From an uncultured candidate division Zixibacteria bacterium (lineage in GTDB: Bacteria > Zixibacteria > MSB-5A5 > GN15 > PGXB01), in NCBI GenBank assembly GCA_963702205.1, contig OY969724.1:192001-256000 (forward strand): DNA of 64,000 nucleotides, written 5' to 3'. Position 1 is the stretch's first letter. Every line of letters begins with the position of its first letter. Below are positions 37,031 through 47,082 of this stretch, in pieces. A program made the position numbers and the translations under genes. The notes under the pieces were generated by a model. That model was given only the letters and a program-made list of their open reading frames with translations, was not told the DNA's origin and did no database searches.

Positions 37031-37857
37031 GGCTGATCCACGTCCGGGTTGTGGAAACGAAGACGGTTCTCCCGCGGTGGCGGGCCGATGATCTCGATGT
37101 ACTGCCGGGTCACTTCGCCGATGCGTTCGTTGGCATCGACGAAACAGACGAGTCCGAAATCCTCGCCGCAGGGGAAGCGGAACCGTCCCCGGTTCTGGTA
37201 AAGCCGCGCCTCGCTCCAATCGAGGGAAAGTGCCTGGTCCCGGATGGCATCGACTTTGTCGACGGCCGAAGGCGGGACCTTCTCCGTGAAGCGCCACTCC
37301 CCGTCCTTGGGGTACAGGTATCGCTCGACCGGCGGCGTCGAAGGGTTTGGGACCGGACGGGAAAGTGAAACGGACGACGGCTGGTCCTGCTGAACCGTGC
37401 CGAGCGTCGGCGGAGGATAGGTCTTGGGGTCAAGGCTCCGAACGGCGGCGAGAAGGTCGTCCTCGCCGAAACGCGCGACGGCCCAGGCATGAATGTCGTT
37501 GAAGCGGGTTCGCAATCCGTCGAAGGCGGCGGGATCGAGTCGTCCTGATTCCAGCGCCTTCTTGGCCATCGCCATCTTGTGCCGGAGCCATGCGTAGTAT
37601 TCCGGGTCCAGACGGCGATAGCAGACGCCGTTGATGCCCACGTCCCGCGCGAAATGTCGAGGCTTGTCGGTTTCCCAAGAATCCAGGTTCGTGGCCGCAT
37701 AGAGCGCGGTCTCTCCGGAGGGCTCGACTGTGGGAGGATCGTCCCTGCGCTGCTCTTCCGTTGTCTCTTGCCCGGAGACAATCGGGACTTGGCCGTTCGA
37801 ATCGACCGGGGTCGATCCTCCAGCGGTCTGTTGCATCATGAGTCTGAGAAGGCTCAC
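37000..37857 (-). CDS. Hypothetical protein
   Basis: 285-aa ORF downstream of a promoter motif copy. Confidence 0.65.
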   Translation of the reverse strand: MSLLRLMMQQTAGGSTPVDSNGQVPIVSGQETTEEQRRDDPPTVEPSGETALYAATNLDSWETDKPRHFARDVGINGVCYRRLDPEYYAWLRHKMAMAKKALESGRLDPAAFDGLRTRFNDIHAWAVARFGEDDLLAAVRSLDPKTYPPPTLGTVQQDQPSSVSLSRPVPNPSTPPVERYLYPKDGEWRFTEKVPPSAVDKVDAIRDQALSLDWSEARLYQNRGRFRFPCGEDFGLVCFVDANERIGEVTRQYIEIIGPPPRENRLRFHNPDVDQPWLKRTNPKT

Positions 37858-37892
37858 TTTCCCTGCTCCAATCGGGTGATTTCCGGTTCATG

Positions 37893-37925
37893 GGATACCT
37901 ACCGGAGCGGAGCCTGTACCGCCGG
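37893..37925 (-). promoter_or_regulatory. Phage bipartite promoter motif, copy 7
   Basis: CCGGC-N15-CCGGTAGGTATC upstream of the 37857 ORF. Confidence 0.72.
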
Positions 37926-38250
37926 GATGCGAAGGTGCGAAGGTCGATGAATGCGGTTCGAACCTTCGCAGGAGCCTTCGCGGTGCTGTAGATGATTGAT
38001 ATTGCTATTAGATATGAAGAAGGAAGAAGAAGGTGCGAAGGTTACCGGGGGAATTACTCACGTATGAGCGGAAAAAAGCAGGTGGTCCGAGGAGAGACCT
38101 GCGGTCACGGCATGCGATGTATTTTTTCTGAGTAAGGGGGGTGGACCCCTGAAACCCTTCGCACCTTCGCAGTCTCGTTACAACAGCTTGATTTAACGAT
38201 GTTTACAGTCGCGAAGGTCCTTCGCGGTTTGCGAAGGGTACCCTTCGCAC
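37926..38250. repeat. Iteron cluster / putative replication origin
   Basis: About 11 GCGAAGG/CCTTCGC copies in both orientations around AT-rich patches, just after the primase. Confidence 0.7.
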
Positions 38251-38275
38251 AAGGAGGAGTCGGCGGGGAAATGGA

Positions 38276-41200
38276 TCAGACGAGGTAGGTGACGTCGTAG
38301 GTGGCGGTGCGCCGGACGGAATGCTCCGACCGGTTGACGGCGATCTCGAACCCGGCCTGGCGGATGGTGTCCAGATCGTTCGAGAAGCGTTGGGCGAACT
38401 GCTGCACCGAGTTCATGCTGAAGGACAAACCGAAATCCTTGGACAGCCGTTTGATGGCCACGAAAAGGTCGCGGGCCAGAGCGCCCTCGATGGTCGTCTC
38501 GTTCTGAAAATCGATCTGGTAGCGCTCGAGGAATGCCGCCTTGTTGGTCTTGGCGACGTTCATAGCGGTGCTCTCCCGGTCCGCTTCGAGCGCGTGCCTG
38601 TAGGCCTTGAAGAGCGCCGCCAGACAGGTGGCGATGGGATTGGACTCGCGGGCGGTCTCGAGGCTGACGCTGTTGAGCGTGGCGATCCGGCCCACGAACT
38701 GCGGATGGAGTTCTTCCAGCGCCCGGTCGATCTCTTCCTGCTGCTCCCCGGCGAGCATCATCAGGTACATGAGGCTCAGGTAGTCGTTGCATCGCCGCTT
38801 GCTGTGGTTGCCGAGGCTTCTGTGTAACAGCCGCATAACCTTTTCCTGAGCGCCGGCCTGGAGCATGGCCAGCAAATGGCTCGTGCGTTTCATCAGGGAA
38901 GAGACGATCAGATCGCGGTGCTCCCGGAGAGCGGCCAGGATTTTCGCTTCGAGGAAACAATCGCTCGCCTGCTCGTCCATGTCGAAGCGGATGATGAACG
39001 AGCGGGACAGGATTTCCGCGAGCTCCCCTCCCAGAGGTTCGATGCCTGTGGTGTTGAGCAGGCACTTGGTCCGTTCGATGACCGTCTCGGTGTCCGTGCC
39101 GCTCTTGCGCTTTTCCTTGGCGATGCCGGTGATGCTGGTCAGGATGAAGGTCGTCAGGTCCTCGGTCATCTGTTTGACCTCGATGTTGTCGAGGACGATG
39201 AGCGGGTTTTGCGAGCCGTCGGTATAGTTGGCCGCATCGGTGCTCTTCTTCTGCTGAGGCTCGCCGTAGAGCAGTGCAGAGATCAATTTGCTCGCGGTGG
39301 TCTTGCCCGAGCCCGCGGGACCCTCGAACCGGGTCATGGGCCTTGTGCCGGCGAAATCGATTAAGAGGAAACAGGAAAGCCACGAGAGGATCAATACCCG
39401 ATCCCCCGGCGCGCAGGTGAGATTGTTGAGAAGCAGTTCCACCAGGAGCCGGTCGGCTTCCGCGGGATCGGCGTCGGGAAGGAACCGGATCGGGGCCAGC
39501 TTCCGCGAGCCGTCCAGGATAACGCCGTCCGCGTTGCCGCCGTTCTTGAGGATTTCGACCCCCTCCGGGGTGATCTTGGCGATCTCGTGGTCGATGTTGT
39601 TCAGGTTGAAGTAGACGGTCTCCCTGGCCACGTCCGTGTGAAGCCAGGAGAAATGCTCCCGCACCTGCCCGCGCTCCACCGCCAGGTTCGCCAGTACCTC
39701 GAAAAATGTGCGGCCGCCGCCGGTGGTCTGCACCATCCCGGTATGCTTGTACATGAGGGACGCGTAGAGCCGCCTGCGGCCGCGGTCCGGCGTATCCATC
39801 CACAAGATCGCGTCTTCGAAGAACATGAACGGCTCGCCCTGGGGCGTGCGGAAGAACCGGGCCCCATGGGCCGCGAACCAATCGTAGGCGGCCTCGGCGG
39901 CCAGCGTGAAATCGGGCGCGCCGCGCTCCTCTTCGGTCGCAAGCAGAACTTCCTCGATGCGCGCCCGGCACGATCCGGGAGATGCATCCGAAGAGCGCTT
40001 TTCCCGCTTCCGTTCTTGCCTGGACTGGGACCTCTGTTCTTTCTGCACCGCCCGCACTTGCTCGCGCAGCGTGGCCAGCGAGAGTCCCGTCTTGCCGAAC
40101 CGCTCCTGAACGAGTTTCAGATGGCGGTTTTGCTCCAGCGGGGAGAGGTATGCCGCTTCTCGCAGGATCGGTTCGAGCAGCCGGTTGCGCTCTTCTTCGG
40201 AGACATCCGTCGGCAGATGGGAGATGCCGAACTCCAGGGGCGTCTCGGCCTTCGCCAGCAACTCTTCGAAGTCCTGGACCGAGTGACCCGCCACGAAGTA
40301 GTCGTTGACGTCGATCTTGGCTTCCGAGAGCAGACGCTCGGCCTCGCGGATTTCATCCGGGGTCCGACCATCGAGGCGTTTGGCCAGTTCGCGGACACCC
40401 ACGGCGGCGTCGAGACCGAACCGCTCCCGTAATTCCCGGCGGGCGTTCTCGCGTCTTTCATCCAGAGGGAGAACCGCAAGCCGAGTCTGTATTCGATGCT
40501 CGGAAAGGACCGCTGCGGTCTTGAGCGCGCCGTTCAACCCGGCCTGAGAGATCTCGTTGTCTTGGCAGACGTAGACCGTCTGCACGTTGCGAAGACGCGG
40601 CAGCAGCCGCTCCCAATCCGCCTCGCGGATACGGACGGTCACCGGCGACACCGCCGGGAAGCCATGCTCCATGAGCGAGATGCAGTCGGTCACGCCCTCG
40701 GTGATGATCAACCGCTCCGGGTCGGCGAGCAGACAGTCCTCGTTGTAGAGGTGACTGTTGTCGATGCACGGGGCGATGTGTTTGCGGGTGTTTTCGTCGT
40801 GGACCGGGAGCTTCTTGTACTTGCCTTGTTCCCATGGCTTGTCAGGCGTCCACGGTGTCTTGCGGCCGATCATGAAAACGACGCGGCCGCGGCTCCAGTA
40901 GGGAAACACGATACGCCGGTCGAAGAACGGGTCGAGTCCGTCCTGGTTGGTCGGACGGAACGCGCCGGACGCGGCCAAATCCCGCGGTGAGAAGCCGCGT
41001 TCCTTGCCAGTCAGTTTCCGGACGATTCCTTCATCGCCGTCGTTGTCCGCATAGCCGATGAGGAGTTTGTCGACGGTCTCTGCGGAAAGGCCGTACTTGG
41101 AACGGAGCCATTCAATCGCCTCGGGATTATCCTTGAGCCGCCCGTGGTAGTGTTCCGCCAGGGCCGTCAGTACATCGTGGACGCGCAGCTCGACCAGTCG

Positions 41201-41596
41201 CTCCGCCTCAGCTTCAGCCAATTCCTCGGGCGAGAGTCCGTGCTTGGCCAAAGACGGCAGCCCGGCCTTGGCTGCGAGGAAATCGCGGGCATGTTGATGG
41301 CTCTCCGGCATGGGGCCGGACTGGCCCCGTGTCACCTGGCCCGACTGGATGAACTCCACGAGCTGGAGCACGTCGCCGCCGAGACCGCAGCCGAAGCAAT
41401 ACCAACCCTGCTTGTCGAGCATCACATGAAGGGACCGGTGCGATTGGCTACTGTGGTTCGGACAGTCGCATTGGAGCAGGCGGTCGGATTCATGCAGGAC
41501 GTGAGCGCCGAGCAACTCCCGCGCGACCGCACCGATGTCGACCTCGGTGATCCGCCGGTAATACTCCCTCACATTGTCCTGACGTTCGAATGCCAT
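38276..41596 (-). CDS. DnaG-like primase (CHC2 Zn finger, Toprim) fused to a P-loop helicase-like domain
   Basis: CPNH..WYCFGC, ITEG..D, DND, GPAGSGKT, IVLDN. Confidence 0.88.
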   Translation of the reverse strand: MAFERQDNVREYYRRITEVDIGAVARELLGAHVLHESDRLLQCDCPNHSSQSHRSLHVMLDKQGWYCFGCGLGGDVLQLVEFIQSGQVTRGQSGPMPESHQHARDFLAAKAGLPSLAKHGLSPEELAEAEAERLVELRVHDVLTALAEHYHGRLKDNPEAIEWLRSKYGLSAETVDKLLIGYADNDGDEGIVRKLTGKERGFSPRDLAASGAFRPTNQDGLDPFFDRRIVFPYWSRGRVVFMIGRKTPWTPDKPWEQGKYKKLPVHDENTRKHIAPCIDNSHLYNEDCLLADPERLIITEGVTDCISLMEHGFPAVSPVTVRIREADWERLLPRLRNVQTVYVCQDNEISQAGLNGALKTAAVLSEHRIQTRLAVLPLDERRENARRELRERFGLDAAVGVRELAKRLDGRTPDEIREAERLLSEAKIDVNDYFVAGHSVQDFEELLAKAETPLEFGISHLPTDVSEEERNRLLEPILREAAYLSPLEQNRHLKLVQERFGKTGLSLATLREQVRAVQKEQRSQSRQERKREKRSSDASPGSCRARIEEVLLATEEERGAPDFTLAAEAAYDWFAAHGARFFRTPQGEPFMFFEDAILWMDTPDRGRRRLYASLMYKHTGMVQTTGGGRTFFEVLANLAVERGQVREHFSWLHTDVARETVYFNLNNIDHEIAKITPEGVEILKNGGNADGVILDGSRKLAPIRFLPDADPAEADRLLVELLLNNLTCAPGDRVLILSWLSCFLLIDFAGTRPMTRFEGPAGSGKTTASKLISALLYGEPQQKKSTDAANYTDGSQNPLIVLDNIEVKQMTEDLTTFILTSITGIAKEKRKSGTDTETVIERTKCLLNTTGIEPLGGELAEILSRSFIIRFDMDEQASDCFLEAKILAALREHRDLIVSSLMKRTSHLLAMLQAGAQEKVMRLLHRSLGNHSKRRCNDYLSLMYLMMLAGEQQEEIDRALEELHPQFVGRIATLNSVSLETARESNPIATCLAALFKAYRHALEADRESTAMNVAKTNKAAFLERYQIDFQNETTIEGALARDLFVAIKRLSKDFGLSFSMNSVQQFAQRFSNDLDTIRQAGFEIAVNRSEHSVRRTATYDVTYLV

Positions 41597-41625
41597 GCGC
41601 GCTCCACTCCAAGAATGTCCATTCG

Positions 41626-43854
41626 CTACTGACCGGTCGTCGCGGGAACACGGGATTCCTCAATGCGACCTGCATCCAGCAGGAGGGAGAGGAACGTTCG
41701 GCGGTCGTCCTGTTTCCGCTTTCTGGCGCAGTTCGAGATGCCCCAGCGGTCCCCGACGAGGACCGTCGTCTGTCTGGCCCGCGTGACGCCGGTGTAGAGA
41801 AGGTTCCGGTGGTGCATGAAGGAGTGGGCCTTGTGGACCACCACCACGGCGCACGGAAACTCGGAGCCCTGGGCCTTGTGGATCGTCAGGGCATAGGCGA
41901 GCTGGATGTCCTGCAGGTTGGGCGAGCCGGCCTCGATCTCCACCGGAAAGCCGTCGAAGTCCACGCTCAGGGAACCGTCGCGGCCGACGTGGAGAATCAC
42001 GCCCATCGCGCCGTTCATGACGCCGATCTCGTAGTTGTTCCGGGTCTGGATGACCTTGTCACGCGCGAGAAACTTGGGCCGTCGACCGGGTATCGTCGGG
42101 GGCGCTTCGACATTCCACAGTCTCCGCTGCACCAGACGTTGGAGCTCGCAGTTGAGATCGCGGGTACCCAGCGGGCCCTTGTGGGTCGGGGTCAGGAGCT
42201 GCACATCGGTCAGCAGGTCGAACCCAAGGCGCTCCACGAGCACATTCTCGAAGAGGTCCAGCACGAACCGCTGCGCATCCCATTGATCGGTGAACTGATC
42301 CACTACGTACCAGGCCCGTCGGCCGGAGGGTTCGGCGTCGCTCGTCTTGCGGACCTCGCCGTTCAAGACGGCGATGCTGTTCTCCTTCAGGATGCCGGCC
42401 TGCCGTACCACCTGGTCAAGGAGCACCGTGGGAACCATCTGCGACAGGACCAGGTCCCGCAACAGATTGCCCGGTCCGACGGGAGGCAGTTGGTTGTGGT
42501 CTCCAACCAGCACCACGGCGGTCCGCTCGAGATCGATGCTTTGAAAGAGGTGCCAGGCCAGGGGCACATCCACCATCGAGACCTCGTCGACGATGATCAC
42601 GTCGGCGTCGATGGGATCGTCCGGTCCCCGGGCGTAGTCTTTGCCGTTGAAACCCAGCAGCCGGTGGATCGTGCCCGCCGGATGGCCGACGACCTGTTCG
42701 AGACGCTTGGCGGCCTTGCCCGTGGGCGCGGCCAGGATGACGCGCAGTCCCTGTTCTTCGTAGACGCCGGTGATGGCGGATACGGTGAAGGTCTTGCCGC
42801 TGCCGGCTCCCCCGGAGATGAGCGATATCGAATGACGAAGCGCGGTGATGGCGGCCTGCCGCTGACCCGCGTTGAGCTGCGGCGCGGTTTCCGCGACCAT
42901 GTCGGACAACCGGTCTTGGTCGGGGAAGTGCGGATTGGGCGCTCCGCCGTTCCGAAAGACCTTTGCCAGAGCCTCCTCCATCGTGCGGATTTCGGGTTTG
43001 GCGACGAGGAACCTCCCGCCGTGGGAGATGCAGACCAATGCCTTCTCGTCGATGAGCCCGTCAAGCTCCTGCTCGATGCGATCCCGACTGTCGAGGACGT
43101 CCATAACCAGCAACACGTTGGCCTGATCGACCAGTTCCTCGAACTCGATCCAGCAATGGCCTTGGTCCAGCGATTCGTTCACGCAGTGGAGGACGCCGGC
43201 CCGGATGCGCGCGGGATCGTCTTTGGCGGTGCCGATCTTGCGGGCGATCTTGTCCACGCGTTTGAAGCCGAAGCCGCGGACCTCGCGCACGATGATGTAC
43301 GGATCGGCCTTGAGCAAACCCAGCACGTTGTTGCCGAACTTCTTCACCAGGCTTGTCACCTGGTGATGGGTGAGCCCGAAGGCTGCCAGCCAGGTGATCG
43401 CCTTGTTGGTCTCCCTCGTCTTGAGCCACTCCGCGCGGAGCTTTTGTACGGCATCCAGCGACAGCCTTGCCGCCTCGGCGATCTGTCCGGGTTCGTCGTT
43501 GATGATCCGGTCGAAATCGTGACCGAAGCGTTCGGCGATCAGACGGGCCTTGACCGGGCCGATGCCCTTCATCTCCGGGTGGTTGGCCAGGTAGTTGGCG
43601 AGACCGTCGGCGTCCAGGTCGAGGTCGTATTCCATGCACTCGACCTCGAACTGCCGGCCGTATTTCGGGTGGGTCACCCAGCGGCCGTTCAGCACGACCG
43701 GTTCGTTCTCACGGGCGAAGAGCTGTCCGGCGAATTGCACCTCGTCGCCGTCGGTCGTCACGAGGCGGCCGGCGGAAAACCGTGGCCCGGCGTAGAAGAC
43801 CGTCTCGACGCGGCCGCGGACGGTTACGGATTGGTTGTTTGATCTTGTTCGCAT
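41626..43854 (-). CDS. recD2: RecD2-like SF1 helicase
   Basis: HPKYGRQF, GIGP HhH, GGAGSGKT, DEVSM, GD.NQLPPV, TIHKAQGSE, YTGVTRA. Confidence 0.92.
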   Translation of the reverse strand: MRTRSNNQSVTVRGRVETVFYAGPRFSAGRLVTTDGDEVQFAGQLFARENEPVVLNGRWVTHPKYGRQFEVECMEYDLDLDADGLANYLANHPEMKGIGPVKARLIAERFGHDFDRIINDEPGQIAEAARLSLDAVQKLRAEWLKTRETNKAITWLAAFGLTHHQVTSLVKKFGNNVLGLLKADPYIIVREVRGFGFKRVDKIARKIGTAKDDPARIRAGVLHCVNESLDQGHCWIEFEELVDQANVLLVMDVLDSRDRIEQELDGLIDEKALVCISHGGRFLVAKPEIRTMEEALAKVFRNGGAPNPHFPDQDRLSDMVAETAPQLNAGQRQAAITALRHSISLISGGAGSGKTFTVSAITGVYEEQGLRVILAAPTGKAAKRLEQVVGHPAGTIHRLLGFNGKDYARGPDDPIDADVIIVDEVSMVDVPLAWHLFQSIDLERTAVVLVGDHNQLPPVGPGNLLRDLVLSQMVPTVLLDQVVRQAGILKENSIAVLNGEVRKTSDAEPSGRRAWYVVDQFTDQWDAQRFVLDLFENVLVERLGFDLLTDVQLLTPTHKGPLGTRDLNCELQRLVQRRLWNVEAPPTIPGRRPKFLARDKVIQTRNNYEIGVMNGAMGVILHVGRDGSLSVDFDGFPVEIEAGSPNLQDIQLAYALTIHKAQGSEFPCAVVVVHKAHSFMHHRNLLYTGVTRARQTTVLVGDRWGISNCARKRKQDDRRTFLSLLLDAGRIEESRVPATTGQ

Positions 43855-44288
43855 CGTCTCGATACCTTCCGGTGATACCTGTGTAGAAATCCCTCCACAA
43901 ACCGGCAGGCAGCCTGCCGGTCGGAGCAGAAAAACACCGGGATGCCGAAGTCGACGACGATGGAAAGCAGAGTTCCCAGGACGGCGTTGGGATGCGCTCC
44001 GGAGCGGTAGCGGCCGCCGAGGATGTCCCGGAGATCCGCTTCCACCACGACGCACGCAGCGTCGTACTCGGAGAGACGGCGCAGCTCCCTGGTGAACCGC
44101 TTACGGGAGCGGATGACGGTGGAGACGAAATCCTCGAGAGTCTTTCGCTCCACCGCCACGGCATCCTCATGCCCCTCGACGGAGTAATCCCCGGCGGGGA
44201 GGGCGCGGCGGACGACCTCCGTGCAGCCGGAGTCGAAGGTGTAGGGTTCCTGCTCCCGCGTGTCGACGACGACGGTGACCCGGTCCAC
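43824..44288 (-). CDS. ERCC4-domain nuclease
   Basis: VDTREQ, GDY, VERKT..D. Confidence 0.9.
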   Translation of the reverse strand: MDRVTVVVDTREQEPYTFDSGCTEVVRRALPAGDYSVEGHEDAVAVERKTLEDFVSTVIRSRKRFTRELRRLSEYDAACVVVEADLRDILGGRYRSGAHPNAVLGTLLSIVVDFGIPVFFCSDRQAACRFVEGFLHRYHRKVSRRCEQDQTTNP

Positions 44289-44289
44289 G

Positions 44290-44799
44290 TCAGAACGGGG
44301 CCAGGGCGCTCTGCGCCGCCGCGTCGTATTCGTCTCCGCCGTCTTCGAGCACGATGCGCCGATTGATGTAGACGTTCTCGTTCTCGCCGCGCGTGCGCTT
44401 GGTGACCTCGAGCTTGATGTTGATGAGTTTCTCCAGGTTGGCCGGAAGCTCGGAGAGCTTGTCCAGATTCAACCCGCAGGTGTGCAGGTCCGTCTTGAGC
44501 CACTTGATGTTCTCGCGGGTGGCCATGACGTTGTTGCGCCACAGCAGCCTTCCCCGGAACTTCGGGGCGAGGATGCGCAGCGTCCACTTGAGCATGGGGT
44601 TGCCCGAGGTCTGGGCCCGGGTCAGCTCCGCCCTCTCCACGTTCACCTGGTACTTGCCGTCCGGGATGGTCTCGAACTCACGCTCCTCGACTTCGGCATG
44701 CGCGAAGTCGTCGTCGAACTGTGCGAGGTCGATGTCCTCAGAGCCGCGGGGCTGGTCGAAATGTCCGTAGTCTTCGTTCTGCATGGTCTGTTCCTCCAT
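44290..44799 (-). CDS. DUF669-like ssDNA-binding protein
   Basis: IPDGKY.V.V, SGNPML, acidic tail ending PF. Confidence 0.75.
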   Translation of the reverse strand: MEEQTMQNEDYGHFDQPRGSEDIDLAQFDDDFAHAEVEEREFETIPDGKYQVNVERAELTRAQTSGNPMLKWTLRILAPKFRGRLLWRNNVMATRENIKWLKTDLHTCGLNLDKLSELPANLEKLINIKLEVTKRTRGENENVYINRRIVLEDGGDEYDAAAQSALAPF

Positions 44800-44808
44800 C
44801 TATGGGGT

Positions 44809-45588
44809 TTATTTACCGGCGGGCGCGGGCTTCTTGTCCTGCCCATCCCCCGGTGCCGGCACCGACCGCGGGGCACTCGCCCTCGGCGCGGCCGCCGGCC
44901 TGTTGAACGCTTCAATGAAAGCCTGAAAATTGAGGTCGATGGTTTCGGGAAGCCGTCCCGTGCGGTCGCCCGCTTCGTAGTGGGGACTGGGCTTGGTGCG
45001 CATGACGCGGCGGTAGACCGGTTTGCCGCTCTCGTCGTTCGTCACTTCCAGGTCGCAGAAGAGGATCAGGTCGACCATCCCCAACACGATCTTGCGGGCT
45101 TTGTCGGGGAGCGTCGGGATGATGCGGATGTACTTGCCGGTCCGCGTCTCGATTTCCTTCTCCTGGGAGTGAGAGACCAGGAAGAGTCCGTAGGGCAGGA
45201 AGGCCAGTTTGGTCAGGACGCGCTGGAACTCGTTGTTGATCAGCGCCCAGCCCTTGCCGTAGCCGAGGTCGGACTCGTGCTCGATCTTGAATTTCGTGCA
45301 GATGTAATCGCTGCACATCCGATAGGCGTTGTCGACCGTGTCGAGAATGATGGTCTTGTAGGGATGCTTGCCCTCGGCGATCTCGCCGCAGGCGGCGAGC
45401 AACTCCTCCCAGCTCCTTATGGGGAGCTGAAAGACATCCAGTGAATTCAGCCCGGGTTCGGTGGCGAGAAACAGCGCGCCTTCGGACCGGGAACACCAGG
45501 TTGATTTGCCGATCTTGCTCGGGCCGTATACCAGCACCGTGAGATCGGCGTGATCTTGCTTGGGGGGACTTTTCTTCGTAGGCAACAT
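44809..45588 (-). CDS. AAA_24 / Sak4-like ATPase
   Basis: YGPSKIGKST, TIILDT, GYGKGW. Confidence 0.85.
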   Translation of the reverse strand: MLPTKKSPPKQDHADLTVLVYGPSKIGKSTWCSRSEGALFLATEPGLNSLDVFQLPIRSWEELLAACGEIAEGKHPYKTIILDTVDNAYRMCSDYICTKFKIEHESDLGYGKGWALINNEFQRVLTKLAFLPYGLFLVSHSQEKEIETRTGKYIRIIPTLPDKARKIVLGMVDLILFCDLEVTNDESGKPVYRRVMRTKPSPHYEAGDRTGRLPETIDLNFQAFIEAFNRPAAAPRASAPRSVPAPGDGQDKKPAPAGK

Positions 45589-45614
45589 GTCGTTTCTCCT
45601 TTTCTATGGGGTCC

Positions 45615-46634
45615 TCAAAAAGCCGAAGCCTCTTCGAACGAGGCCTCGTCCCGCAGCTCTTCGTGCGGGGGGACTTTTCGGTAAAAGTTCTCGATGATGT
45701 TGGTGCTGCCGTCGGCGCGGCAGAGCGGGAAATAGGCGCAGGACCGGCGGTAGTGGAAACAGAAGGCGGTGTTCTGGTAGAAGACGCCACGCCGCCGCGC
45801 GTCGAGAAAGGCCTGCGTCAGTTCCCAGAGTTCGGACTGCAGGGTCTCGAACCGGTCACGGGAGAGGTAAAGCATCTCCCGGTGGAACATGCCCGGCTCG
45901 GCATACTTGGCGGCCAGACGCTCCTGGAACTCGTCGTCGCTTTCCGGAAGCCTGCGTTTGGCGCTGCTCTTGCCGGTCTTGGATTTGGCGATCAGATCGG
46001 CCCGCCGCGCCTCGAACTCGGCCTCGGTTTCACCGCGTCCCTGTTGCAGACGGGCCTTGACCAGGATGTTGTAGAGGACGCCCGCGATGCGGATGCCGAG
46101 CGTCTGTTCCGCGTAACGGGAGTAGAGGACGATCTGGAAGTCGGTCCAGAGCCGCTCCAGGTAGTCCGCATCCACCTGCGAGGCGGTCTTGTGCTCGAGC
46201 AGGAAATGCTCGTCGCCGATCCTGACGACGCCGTCCACCTTTCCGGCAAGCACGAAGCTCCTGGACATTGCGCCGGTGGCCGGGTTGACGATGCTCCCCT
46301 CGAAGGTCTTTTCGAGGGCGACGACATCGAACTCCTCGCTCGCATAGCAGGCCGCGTAGCCCTTCATCATCGCTGCGGCCAGGTGCCAATCTCGCTTCTG
46401 GTCTTCCTCACGTGCGCGGTCGACGTAGGTCCGGTCGATGAAATCGAGGACGGGCCCCAGGTCCCTGCCACCGTGCCAGATCTCCAGGCACTTATGGATC
46501 ACCGTGCCGAAGGCCAGGTTGTGGTCCCGTTGCAGGGGAACCAGTTCCTGGATGTAGCGCCACTCGCATGCCTTACGGCAGTTGCGGAACAGGCTCCACA
46601 TCGAATAGGTGGTGGTCGTTTTCGCTTCCATCAT
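45615..46634 (-). CDS. PD-(D/E)XK exonuclease (RecB-like)
   Basis: GT.IH, GKVDG, EHKT, Q...Y, four Cys. Confidence 0.88.
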   Translation of the reverse strand: MMEAKTTTTYSMWSLFRNCRKACEWRYIQELVPLQRDHNLAFGTVIHKCLEIWHGGRDLGPVLDFIDRTYVDRAREEDQKRDWHLAAAMMKGYAACYASEEFDVVALEKTFEGSIVNPATGAMSRSFVLAGKVDGVVRIGDEHFLLEHKTASQVDADYLERLWTDFQIVLYSRYAEQTLGIRIAGVLYNILVKARLQQGRGETEAEFEARRADLIAKSKTGKSSAKRRLPESDDEFQERLAAKYAEPGMFHREMLYLSRDRFETLQSELWELTQAFLDARRRGVFYQNTAFCFHYRRSCAYFPLCRADGSTNIIENFYRKVPPHEELRDEASFEEASAF

Positions 46635-46945
46635 GCGGCCCCCGTGGCTTTGAGCTCGGGGCTGACCACCGGGGCGTCACCCACGCGTTCGACTTTGAAG
46701 GCTTCTTCGCCGAACTCTCGGGTGAGGAAGCCGGTGAAGATGCGGGCGATGGCGCGTCCGACCTCAGTCGCCGCGTCCACAACGCAGGAGCGCTTGTGCG
46801 AATCCAGGCAGAAGGATGCGTCCAGCCGAACCAGCGACCGGCCGTGAAGGCTCTCGGCGGCGAGCACCGCCAGAAGCAGGGACTCCTCGACGTCCCGGAT
46901 CGGGACCTTGGAGTTGAAGTTGTATCGGTAAAGTTCTCGGTTCAT
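46631..46945 (-). CDS. Hypothetical protein
   Basis: MNRELYRY start with GGAGG RBS; first gene after a promoter motif copy. Confidence 0.7.
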   Translation of the reverse strand: MNRELYRYNFNSKVPIRDVEESLLLAVLAAESLHGRSLVRLDASFCLDSHKRSCVVDAATEVGRAIARIFTGFLTREFGEEAFKVERVGDAPVVSPELKATGAA

Positions 46946-47045
46946 GATCTTGCCTCCATTCCGTTCAGTAAGGTCTGTTGGAGGGCGCGCCCGGGCCGGA
47001 TGCTTTCGGCGACCTCTCGGACGCCTTCCGTGCATCCGACCCGGT

Positions 47046-47078
47046 CAATACCTACCGGAGCCTGACCCGGACCGTCGG
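47046..47078 (-). promoter_or_regulatory. Phage bipartite promoter motif, copy 8
   Basis: CCGAC-N15-CCGGTAGGTATT upstream of the replication operon. Confidence 0.78.
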
Positions 47079-47082
47079 ACGC

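Noticed and set aside
44807..44840. Tenth copy of the promoter motif (TTTATTTACCGG)
   Set aside because: The GTCGG half is missing at the 15-nt spacing; at best a weak variant
45615..46634. Cas4 / CRISPR system
   Set aside because: No other cas genes or array; the context is a phage recombination operon
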